23,878 nucleotides of DNA from Candidatus Hadarchaeota archaeon (GTDB lineage Archaea > CAYQAE01 > CAYVLA01). This document shows, one piece after another, positions 6,458 to 14,741 of this stretch (position 1 is its first letter; every line of letters starts with the position of its first letter). Under the pieces are notes generated by a model. The model did no database searches. It worked only from the letters and a program-made list of their open reading frames with translations, and was not told where the DNA came from. The position numbers and the translations under genes are program-made. The stretch spans positions 1-23,878 of the forward strand of contig CAYVLA010000046.1 in NCBI GenBank assembly GCA_964452145.1, written 5' to 3'.

Positions 6458-9199
6458 ATGGGCGGAAGACACGCAGACGCATTCTCATCCCCGCCTGTGG
6501 CGCTCGTGGTGCTCTTAGTCCTTGCTCTTGCCGTGATGATCGTCTTGCTGGCGGTCATGCCGAGCGTTCTTCTGGACTACTGGTGGTACAAGGATATCGG
6601 CTTTCTCGGCGTCTTCTACACAAGGATATGGGCTCGCTGGGCGCTCTTCGGGGTCGCGGCACTGGGATGTCTTGCAGCGCTGCACGCGTCCGTATCACGG
6701 TCCGAGAAACTGGAGCGCGACGCCCCCAGTCGCTATGTGGCTTCGCGGGCAGCGATGGAGATCCCGCCTCTCAAGGGTCGTCCCTTCAAGGCTCTCGCGG
6801 TTCTGATATCATTGGCGTTCGGCTTCATCGTGAGCAGAAGTTGGCTGACCGTGCTCGCCTATCTGAACAGGACACCCTTTGGGATCCAGGACCCGGTTTT
6901 TGGACTCGACCTGTCCTTCCATGTGTTCACCTATCCCTTTCTAACTACCGTCGTGGGGGCCCTGATGGTCATTTCCTTGCTTTGCGTGCTCGTCTCGCTG
7001 CCGATCCTCTTAGTCACCTACGCACGGTATCCGGATGTGGGGGTCTTTGAACGTGCCCTTCATCTCAGGTTCTGGGCAGGAACCTTCATCGCTCTGGCTG
7101 GCATCCGCCTTTGCCTGGCCCGGTACGGCTTGCTGAGGGCCGCCAACTCGGCGAGTTCGATCCCGGTTGGCGCCGAGTTCATGGACGTGACCTACAAGCT
7201 TCCTTTCTACCTCGCTGCCAGCGTGCTTGTTGTCATCTCGGGCGTGATGGTCTTCTACTTCACCGGAAAGCTGCGAACCCAGCACTGGCGGAGGGGAGCC
7301 ATAACTGTCAGGTGGATACAGGCAGCCGGGTTGATGTTCGGGGGGCTCGTCCTTCTCTCGGTCATCATCTTTCCCACGATCGATTCCGTGACCGTCACCC
7401 CCAACGAGCCCGGGATACAAGAAGCCTACATAAACAGGCACATTGAATACACCCTCAGGGGTTACTCCCTCCAGAACGTGGTGAGTGAAGAGTACGATCC
7501 AACCCACGCAAACCTCACCCCCGCCATCGCCCTGGCCTCTCCGACCATCAAGAACGCACGGATACTCGACTACAAGCCCACTCGCGCCGTATTCCAGCAG
7601 AAACAAGAAATCAGGTCCTACTATCGTTTCGTCGACCCGGATGTAGATCGCTACATCATCTCGGGCGAGAAGACCGAGGTCATGATCGGGGCCAGGGAGA
7701 TAGCACCGGCGAAGCTCGAGGCAGCGGCAAGGACCTGGGCTAACGAGCATCTCCTCTACACCCACGGATTTGGCGTCGTCGTCGCCCCCGTAAATACTGT
7801 GGATTTGACCGGTCTGCCCAAGCTGGCCGTGAAGGACATCCCTCCGAAAAGCGACTGGCCGGAAATCACAGTCATCCAACCGAGGATATACTTCGGGGAG
7901 CTCACGGACAACTACATCATCGTCAATGCGAAGGATCTCGATGAATTCGACTATCCGAAGGGGGAGTCAAACGAGTTCTACCGATACGAAGGAGGAGCGG
8001 GCATCGTGCTCGGCAGCGGCCTGAAGAAGATGGTCGCGGCCCTCAAGACAGGCAGCACGAAGCTGCTCTTCTCGGGGTACATATCCCAAGACTCCAGATT
8101 GGTAATCAGGCGCACCATTCAAGATAGGATCAAGCTGGTTGCCCCGTTCCTCATGCTTGACGATGACCCCTTCATCTTCGTCGAAAACGGCCGGCTCTAC
8201 TGGATGAGCAGCGGCATCACCTACACCGACAGATATCCCTACTCCGAGTATGCCCACCTTCAGGGCAAGAGGGTCAACTACGTCCGGGATAGCGTGAAGA
8301 TCGTCACCGACGCCTACACGGGCGAGATGAAGCTGTACCTCATCGATCCCTCAGACCCGGTGGCAGCAACGTTCGGGAGGATTTTCAAAGGGATCTTCGA
8401 GGATGTCGACCAGATGCCGCAGGAGTTCCGTCGACACCTGAGGTATCCGGAGGATCTGTTCCAGATCCAGATGGCCATCTACTCTACCTATCATATGACT
8501 GACTACAAGACGTTCTACAACAAGGAGGACGTCTGGATGCCCGCAACCGAGCAGTATCAGACCTCGGTGAGCAGGGTTGAACCCTACAACATCCTGCTGG
8601 CCGCCGACGAAGGAGACACCGAGTTCGCCCTCATACAGCCCTTCACGCCCAGGAACAAACAGAACATGATAGCATGGGTGAGCGCCATGCAGGATCCTGA
8701 TGCTTACGGGAAGATGATCGTCTTCAGATTCCCGAAGGGCTCCCTGATCCCGGGCCCGATGCAGATCGAAGCCGTGATAGACCAGGACGAAGAGATATCC
8801 AAGAGCATATCGCTCTGGAATAGCGGGGGGTCCCGCGTCATAAGGGGCAACACCCTGGTACTCCCTGTGCAGGGATCCATCATCTACATAGAGCCTCTGT
8901 ATCTGTCGGCCGAGCAGTCAGAGATTCCGGAGCTGAAGAAGGTCCTCGCCGTATACGGAAGCACCGTGGTCATGGCCGACACGCTGGAGCAGGCCGTGTC
9001 CATGGCCGTCGCTGGTGCAGGTCCGATCCCACCTCCGCCGTCGGGCGAGACGCTGCAGGAACTGATCGCCGAGTACTTCAACCATCTGGACAGGGCCGAA
9101 TCCTACAAGGCCCAGGGGGATTTCGTTCACTACGGCCAAGAACTCCAAGCGGCGTCAGAGGTGAGGGCCAAGATAGAGGCTCTCCTTGCGCAAGGCTAG
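6458..9199 (+). CDS. UPF0182-family multi-pass membrane protein
   Basis: Family motifs WWYKDIGF, DPVFGLDLSFHVF, WANEHLLYTHGFG, QPRIYFGE, NYVRDSVKIVTDAYTG, HLRYPEDLF, VIRGNTLVLP, YIEPLY, GDFVHYG; SD GGTGA before ATG 6458. Confidence 0.93.
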   Translation: MGGRHADAFSSPPVALVVLLVLALAVMIVLLAVMPSVLLDYWWYKDIGFLGVFYTRIWARWALFGVAALGCLAALHASVSRSEKLERDAPSRYVASRAAMEIPPLKGRPFKALAVLISLAFGFIVSRSWLTVLAYLNRTPFGIQDPVFGLDLSFHVFTYPFLTTVVGALMVISLLCVLVSLPILLVTYARYPDVGVFERALHLRFWAGTFIALAGIRLCLARYGLLRAANSASSIPVGAEFMDVTYKLPFYLAASVLVVISGVMVFYFTGKLRTQHWRRGAITVRWIQAAGLMFGGLVLLSVIIFPTIDSVTVTPNEPGIQEAYINRHIEYTLRGYSLQNVVSEEYDPTHANLTPAIALASPTIKNARILDYKPTRAVFQQKQEIRSYYRFVDPDVDRYIISGEKTEVMIGAREIAPAKLEAAARTWANEHLLYTHGFGVVVAPVNTVDLTGLPKLAVKDIPPKSDWPEITVIQPRIYFGELTDNYIIVNAKDLDEFDYPKGESNEFYRYEGGAGIVLGSGLKKMVAALKTGSTKLLFSGYISQDSRLVIRRTIQDRIKLVAPFLMLDDDPFIFVENGRLYWMSSGITYTDRYPYSEYAHLQGKRVNYVRDSVKIVTDAYTGEMKLYLIDPSDPVAATFGRIFKGIFEDVDQMPQEFRRHLRYPEDLFQIQMAIYSTYHMTDYKTFYNKEDVWMPATEQYQTSVSRVEPYNILLAADEGDTEFALIQPFTPRNKQNMIAWVSAMQDPDAYGKMIVFRFPKGSLIPGPMQIEAVIDQDEEISKSISLWNSGGSRVIRGNTLVLPVQGSIIYIEPLYLSAEQSEIPELKKVLAVYGSTVVMADTLEQAVSMAVAGAGPIPPPPSGETLQELIAEYFNHLDRAESYKAQGDFVHYGQELQAASEVRAKIEALLAQG

Positions 9200-10023
9200 A
9201 GGTGTGCTTTCAGGTACTCGAGTCCCTTCCTGTAGCCCAGTGCCGGATCCTCTCTGCCCTCGTATTCGACGCACCACACCCCGCGGTATCCAGCCGCCTT
9301 GAGGGCCTTTATGGCCCTCGTCAACTCCAGCTCGCCCTCGCCAAGAGGCATACACACGTACTTATCTCTGGACCCAAAGCCGTCCTTCATGTGAGTGTGG
9401 AGAGCATAGGGAGAGATGAGGTCGTAGTATCGGTAGACCGTTTCGAGGTCCTTCCCAAACCAGCGGTAGTTCATCGTGTCCAGGTTAGCGCCCACATGTT
9501 TGGAGGCCACCCTCTTGAAAACGTCGACCTGTATGTCTGCATTGTTGGTCACCAGCCCGTGGTTGTCCACTGCGAAGAATAGGCCACGATCCTCGACGAA
9601 GCTCAGACAGGTGCTCAGACACGTAGCGATCGCCTCGGCCCAGCGATCAGCCGGAACCGAGTCCTTGGGCCTTCCACCCTCGGTTCTGATGATCTTGGTC
9701 CCAAGGATCCCGGCCAAGTCACAGACCCGCTCCATCCTGTCGGCCTCCGCCTTGACCATGCCGGGATCCAGTTGGACGAAGTCGTTATGAGCAGCCAGCG
9801 CCGAGGCCTTCAGTCCGTGGGCCTCCATGGACCGTGCCAAGTCGCGCGTCCTCTTCCGAGCCTGCTCGAAGCTCTCCGCCTTGTCCCATACATCGCCCAG
9901 CTGAATCTCGACGTATCCAAAACCGGTCCTCTCCGCATAGCGAAGGAAATCCTCCATGCTGTATCCCGGGAAGTTGTAGTGGATGAGTCCCAATCTGGAT
10001 CCGTTGTCGCCCACTTGCACCAT
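9196..10023 (-). CDS. Sugar phosphate isomerase/epimerase (xylose-isomerase-like TIM barrel, AP_endonuc_2)
   Basis: GFGYVEI, metal-site motifs VDNH, LDTMN, HMKD, VEYE; PLGEG; GYRG. Confidence 0.88.
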   Translation of the reverse strand: MVQVGDNGSRLGLIHYNFPGYSMEDFLRYAERTGFGYVEIQLGDVWDKAESFEQARKRTRDLARSMEAHGLKASALAAHNDFVQLDPGMVKAEADRMERVCDLAGILGTKIIRTEGGRPKDSVPADRWAEAIATCLSTCLSFVEDRGLFFAVDNHGLVTNNADIQVDVFKRVASKHVGANLDTMNYRWFGKDLETVYRYYDLISPYALHTHMKDGFGSRDKYVCMPLGEGELELTRAIKALKAAGYRGVWCVEYEGREDPALGYRKGLEYLKAHL

Positions 10024-10208
10024 CTCACGTCCGCCGGCGAAGGCCCAGAGCGGCCAAAAAAATGTAATCTTGAGCCACCCCCGCCGAAGAGAGCGATGCG
10101 GCACACAGGGATGGGGCAGAAGATGACAAGGCATTCAGCGTGGCCGAGTCTCCTCACCAGAAGCCGGGCTTCGTCGAGCTGTAGCTCAGAGACACTGGGA
10201 ATGGGAGT

Positions 10209-10220
10209 CTAACTTTTAAG
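10209..10220 (+). promoter_or_regulatory. Archaeal TATA box (TTTTAAG) for a leaderless DUF362 transcript
   Basis: TTTTAAG at 10214-10220, 21 nt before ATG 10242, which has no SD. Confidence 0.65.
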
Positions 10221-10241
10221 CCCTGTATCTGAGACTTCACC

Positions 10242-11357
10242 ATGCATCCGACGCCATCAAAGGTCTACATGGCTAACACAAGGACCCGGGGAGGGGAGGG
10301 CCCTAGGAGTGCGCTGGCAAAGATCCCTTGCCTCCTGGATGCTGCAGCTATATCGAGCACATTCCAGTCAGGCGACCCTGTGGCAATCAAGATGCACCTT
10401 GGCTCAGGAGCCGGATTCAGGACCATAAGGCCTGAGTTCGTGCGAAAGGTGGTCGATAGGGTCAGATCCCTTGGGGGCAGGCCCTTTGTTGCCGAAACCT
10501 GCAGGCCGGACGCACTGCAGTATCTGGAGATAGCTAACGAGCGAGGTTACAACCAGTCCGCGCTCGGTTGCCCGGTCATGATCGTGGATGGATTCAAGGG
10601 AGAGGATTCTAAGCAGGTTCAAACATACGGCGAGATCGTGGATGAAATCCAAGTCGCGTCAGGCATATACCATTCCCCCTCAATGATCGTCCTCACCCAC
10701 GTGACGGGCCATGGGAATGCATGCTATGGGGGGGCCCTGAAGAATCTCGCCATGGGCTGTGTGGACCGCATGTCCAAGGGCAAGATCCACCGTGCGGTCA
10801 ATGTCGAACCACCCATCTGGCACTCGGGCAAGTGCGCAGCCTGTGGAGACTGCGCGTCTGCGTGCAACTACGGCGCTCTGCGGCTGGTCGAAGGCAAGCC
10901 TGTCATCGACTCGCAACTCTGCGAGAGATGCATGAGATGTGCGCGGGCCTGCACCCGTGGGGCCCTGATCCGATCCTCGCCTGTCAGGGAGAACTTCATG
11001 CAGGCGATTGTCGACAGCGCCAGAGGGGTCCTCTCCACTTTTGAGCAGGGCCGCGTCCTGTTCTTGAACTTCCTCATGGAGATCAGCCCGGAGTGCGACT
11101 GTGCACCCTCATCCGACAACCCCATAGTGCCCGACATGGGCATTCTGGCGTCCAAGGACATCGTGGCGCTGGAGCAAGCATCTCTTGATCTAATCACCCA
11201 GGCCCCGGCGTTGCCCGGCTCCGTGGCGGCCGATCAGGGACTCGGACCCGGCGACAAGAAGTTCGCGGCACTACACGGCTTGGATCCCCAAGCTCAGGTC
11301 GATGCTGCCGAGAGAGCCGGCCTGGGGACCAGGAGCTATGAGATCGTTCCTATCTGA
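10242..11357 (+). CDS. DUF362 domain protein with inserted 2x[4Fe-4S] ferredoxin domain
   Basis: VAIKMHLG, LTHVTGH, GGALKNLAMG, CxxCxxCxxxC twice (CAACGDCASAC, CERCMRCARAC), PECDC, ILASKDIVALEQAS, GLGTRSY. Confidence 0.9.
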   Translation: MHPTPSKVYMANTRTRGGEGPRSALAKIPCLLDAAAISSTFQSGDPVAIKMHLGSGAGFRTIRPEFVRKVVDRVRSLGGRPFVAETCRPDALQYLEIANERGYNQSALGCPVMIVDGFKGEDSKQVQTYGEIVDEIQVASGIYHSPSMIVLTHVTGHGNACYGGALKNLAMGCVDRMSKGKIHRAVNVEPPIWHSGKCAACGDCASACNYGALRLVEGKPVIDSQLCERCMRCARACTRGALIRSSPVRENFMQAIVDSARGVLSTFEQGRVLFLNFLMEISPECDCAPSSDNPIVPDMGILASKDIVALEQASLDLITQAPALPGSVAADQGLGPGDKKFAALHGLDPQAQVDAAERAGLGTRSYEIVPI

Positions 11358-12120
11358 CCAGCCCGACAAGAGAACCCAGGAGGCCTGAGAGATACCAGAC
11401 GTCGAGCCTCACAGCGTCGAATGCGAAGGCGATCAAAGACACCCTGGACGGGGAGACCACCGCCATGGCCACGGTTAACAGGATGATGTTGCCAGAGGAA
11501 ATCAGAGCCACGGAGAAGAAAACCCCGGACTGTCTCACATCGTACTGGTCCAAGGCCTCACGGGCGGTTCCCGAAAGATGCGAACCCAGCGACATTCCCA
11601 AGAGGAACACGATGATCTGGCGACCCACCCCACTAGTCAACGCCGCCGCGAAGAGCAGCAACAGTGGAATGAGGGGTAGAAGATAGGGTCCCAACGATAT
11701 CAGGAAATTGCCCCTGGCGTTCGGCTTATGGTAGGCGACATAGCCGCCGTGCCTCGACAGCTTGAACTCCTTGATGGTGTATCCGCACAGTTTAGCCAGG
11801 AGCGCGTGAACCAGCTCATGTCCGAGCAGATGAACGTACCAGGCGAGTGCTCCCACCCTCGGGATCGCGTCGCCTTTGAAGGCCAGCACGACTCCGAGCG
11901 ACATACCAACTATCAGGAGGAACCCTAGCTGGCGAGAGAAAGCGACCAAGTTCTCGATGGTTGCCGCGATGTCTGGAACCGGGCCCCGGACCGCAATGCC
12001 TAGGAATGATGAGACCTGCGCTACGAAGGCCGCGATCATGCCCGGCATGAGAAGGATGATGACGAATCCGGCGATCCACTTGGCCGCGCGAAGACGAGCA
12101 ATACTAGGCACAGCCACCAT
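11350..12120 (-). CDS. M50-like (M50B-type) integral membrane zinc metallopeptidase
   Basis: Multiple TM helices, HELVH (HExxH) within a hydrophobic segment, GGYV strand, ISLGPY motif and a downstream Asp (DQYD). Confidence 0.75.
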   Translation of the reverse strand: MVAVPSIARLRAAKWIAGFVIILLMPGMIAAFVAQVSSFLGIAVRGPVPDIAATIENLVAFSRQLGFLLIVGMSLGVVLAFKGDAIPRVGALAWYVHLLGHELVHALLAKLCGYTIKEFKLSRHGGYVAYHKPNARGNFLISLGPYLLPLIPLLLLFAAALTSGVGRQIIVFLLGMSLGSHLSGTAREALDQYDVRQSGVFFSVALISSGNIILLTVAMAVVSPSRVSLIAFAFDAVRLDVWYLSGLLGSLVGLVR

Positions 12121-12154
12121 CGAAAACAGAGAGAATAAAGCTGTGACAGCGAAA

Positions 12155-13252
12155 CTAGGCGTGGCCCTTGGTCCTCCTCAGCCTACCGCAGGCCTCCAGA
12201 TAGGCTCTCAGATTCTCCCATGGGATAGTATGAGGCAGCTGGCCTCCGGCATTCAGAAAGTAGCCCCTGAAGCGTCCGCCTATCCGTACGCATCTCTCGA
12301 CCTCGGCTGCCGCCTGCTCCGGGGTCCCTCCGGTGAGAAGCCTTGTATCAGCATTGCCGATCAACACCTTGCTGCCGCCCCACCTGTCAGCGATCCATTT
12401 CAGATCGACATAAGGCTCAAAGATCAGACCATCTGCCCCAGCGCCGAAGACGTCCGCAACGATCGGTGTTACCTGGCCGTCCGAGCAGAAGATCACCGGA
12501 ATGCCCCTATCCTTCAGAGGCTGCCAGATCCACGGATAGAATCGGAAGATGTTCCTACGATACCACTTCGGGCTGAAGATGGGTCCGTTGCTCATGCATA
12601 TGTCATCATGGCTGATGAAGACATCCAGCCCCCGCACCCGGGACCAAGCCTCCATGTACATACGCGAGAGTTCGGCGAACCTGGCACACTGCTTATCAAA
12701 CAGACGCGGCCGGCGGGTGGCTGCGAAGATGGTTGGTCTCCATCCGAATAGGCCCAGGAACCAGTGAAACAAGGTGGTGTAGTGCGCCTCGGCAACCAAC
12801 AAACGATCCCCCAAGTCGGACTGGTTCGCGTCGTGTTGTTGCTGGAAGTCTCGCGCCATTTGGGAGACTGATCGGGTTTCGTAGCAGAGGGGGTCGTAGG
12901 AGAGGAGTTCCTCCACGGTCGCAGCCGCGCCCTTCCGCATATGGGCCCCCTCGCTGCACCACCTGGTCGTAAAGACGCCCCAGGGCTCCAGCCTTGCCCC
13001 ATCATCGTCGACCATCCGTGAGTCGCTTCCCGGAAGCGCCGCGGCGCTGGTATGGCTCTGGAGTCCCCCCCAAGATAGGTCGAGATCCAGGACCTCCACA
13101 ACGGCGAGGGCTGCCCCCCTGACATCCACCAATGGATCGATCCCCCCTATTTCAATGTAGGCCTCCCGTGACATGGGCCAGTACCACTCAACCTGGGGAA
13201 CGATATCCGTTTCCTCCAGATGCACGGCCGCAAGACCCCTCTCCAGGCTCAT
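12155..13252 (-). CDS. Uroporphyrinogen decarboxylase (URO-D/MtaA)-like TIM-barrel protein
   Basis: HDDICMSNGPIFSP, VIFCSDG, GADGL, LIGNAD, GTPEQ...EV, HTIPWEN. ATG 13252 chosen because a TATA-like box lies about 23 nt upstream. Confidence 0.85.
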   Translation of the reverse strand: MSLERGLAAVHLEETDIVPQVEWYWPMSREAYIEIGGIDPLVDVRGAALAVVEVLDLDLSWGGLQSHTSAAALPGSDSRMVDDDGARLEPWGVFTTRWCSEGAHMRKGAAATVEELLSYDPLCYETRSVSQMARDFQQQHDANQSDLGDRLLVAEAHYTTLFHWFLGLFGWRPTIFAATRRPRLFDKQCARFAELSRMYMEAWSRVRGLDVFISHDDICMSNGPIFSPKWYRRNIFRFYPWIWQPLKDRGIPVIFCSDGQVTPIVADVFGAGADGLIFEPYVDLKWIADRWGGSKVLIGNADTRLLTGGTPEQAAAEVERCVRIGGRFRGYFLNAGGQLPHTIPWENLRAYLEACGRLRRTKGHA

Positions 13253-13274
13253 GGCAAGCCCCGAGTCTGGGGCA

Positions 13275-13288
13275 CTTAGAAAGATTTC
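13275..13288 (-). promoter_or_regulatory. Putative BRE/TATA (GAAATC-TTTCTAAG) for the UroD-like gene
   Basis: Same spacing to a leaderless ATG (13252) as the boxes at 10214 and 21510. Confidence 0.5.
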
Positions 13289-13394
13289 CCCGTCCATTGA
13301 TTCCGTCGCCGTTTGTTGGCCTCCATTCGACCACGGGGAAGGTTGACTGTGTGTAACAGTTATCCGTACGCGTACGCGCAGAACTCCGAATCTC

Positions 13395-14288
13395 ATGGAA
13401 TACGGAATCGTTCTCCAAGGAGCCGGCCTCCTGGACCTCGCCTCGGCGATGCGGGATATCATGGAGGCTGGGTTCAAGTACTTCGAGTACAGCCACGGAT
13501 ACGTGTCCGCCATGGAGAGCCGGGGGGTGGAAGCCTTCCGGGAAGCAGTCGATCTGGCACGTTCCCTAGGGCTAGTCCCCGTTCAGCTCCACGGGCCGAG
13601 CCTTGAGCCGGGATTCGACTTGGGGAGCCCCGAAACCGATAGGAGGAAGAGAAGCGTGGAGCGTTCGTGTCGATGGATCCAGCACTGCTCGGCTCTGGGC
13701 GTCCCCGTCATGGTTGAACATGCCTGTGAATTCCATGAGGACTTCCACGCAACATCCGACCTCGTCAAGTCCTCGTTCCGGGCTATTGCCCGTTGCGCCC
13801 GTGATAGGGGAATAAAGGTGGCGGTAGAGAACGAATTCGATCCCAGAGACATGGCTAGGGCGGGGGAGGGTAGGCGTATGACCATCCCGGCCAGAGTCGC
13901 CTGCCTCGCGTCCGAATTGCTCGAAATCGTTGGGATCGATCCGGGGGCCCTGGGCGTCTGTCTCGACTTCGGCCATGCCAATCTCCAGAGGCCGCTGTTT
14001 CAGCTGGAGGAGGCCGTGGAACAGCTGGGCCAGCACCTCGCTGCAACCCATCTACATGATAACGAGGGAGTCAGCGACCAGCACCTGATGCCGTTCATGG
14101 GCAACATCAGATGGGATCGCGTCATGCAGGCGCTCAGGTCTACAGGGTTCGGTAGGCCCTTGATTCTGGAGGTCGGAGGACTCATGCCCCGGGAAAGGGC
14201 CACACGGATGAACAGGCTCCACCTCGCCAAGCTGGTCCTGTCCGAGATCTGCCGTCAGGAGCCCATCCCGTCAGAGCGATCGCCTTAG
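13395..14288 (+). CDS. Sugar phosphate isomerase/epimerase (xylose-isomerase-like TIM barrel)
   Basis: AGFKYFE, QLHGP, VAVEN, CLDFGHA, THLHDN, DQHLMP.G.I.W, LILEV. Confidence 0.9.
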   Translation: MEYGIVLQGAGLLDLASAMRDIMEAGFKYFEYSHGYVSAMESRGVEAFREAVDLARSLGLVPVQLHGPSLEPGFDLGSPETDRRKRSVERSCRWIQHCSALGVPVMVEHACEFHEDFHATSDLVKSSFRAIARCARDRGIKVAVENEFDPRDMARAGEGRRMTIPARVACLASELLEIVGIDPGALGVCLDFGHANLQRPLFQLEEAVEQLGQHLAATHLHDNEGVSDQHLMPFMGNIRWDRVMQALRSTGFGRPLILEVGGLMPRERATRMNRLHLAKLVLSEICRQEPIPSERSP

Positions 14289-14741
14289 CTCCTCTATCCT
14301 AGCTATGTGTCCCTTCTCCTCAGATATGATCCTTTGAACGGCTGGCTCCGCTGCGCCCGTAAGGTACTGCATCAGGGATTCGTAGAACTGCACTGTATCG
14401 CGCTCAAAGCCTAACGCGAACTCCAAGACCTCTCGCGGCGATCCGAACCCGGTGCCATCTGCCTCCTTGAGGTATCTCAGCAGGCTCTGGCTCACGACCA
14501 CGTCCAGATACGGCGCGGCCTCCTCGGATTTGATGCCCTTGGTTCCCTCGCCGAAACCTCTGGGCATGAGGGAACTGAAGATCTCCGCGTGCCTCCTCTC
14601 ATCCTGGGCCAGCGCCCTGAGCACGTCCCTGGTCTTCTGCCCATCCACCAGACCGGCCGCATTGGTGTAGAAGCTTTCGCCCGAGCGCTCGATTCTAATG
14701 GACATCTCAACGACCTCGGCCCAGTTGTACCCGGCCTTCAT
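14271..14741 (-). CDS. Ferritin-like / rubrerythrin-family diiron protein (no rubredoxin domain)
   Basis: Duplicated diiron motifs IERSGESFY...DERRH and FERDTVQFY...EEKGH; SD GGAGGT; ATGA overlap with the hydA stop. Confidence 0.88.
   Translation of the reverse strand: MKAGYNWAEVVEMSIRIERSGESFYTNAAGLVDGQKTRDVLRALAQDERRHAEIFSSLMPRGFGEGTKGIKSEEAAPYLDVVVSQSLLRYLKEADGTGFGSPREVLEFALGFERDTVQFYESLMQYLTGAAEPAVQRIISEEKGHIARIEELRRSL

Noticed and set aside
13253..13513. N-terminal extension of the UroD-like ORF
   Set aside because: Would overlap the divergent isomerase gene; promoter spacing supports ATG 13252.
14271..14320. Encapsulin cargo-loading peptide on the ferritin-like protein
   Set aside because: The C-terminus (IEELRRSL) lacks a Gly-rich linker and LxIGSL-type motif, and no encapsulin gene is in the window.
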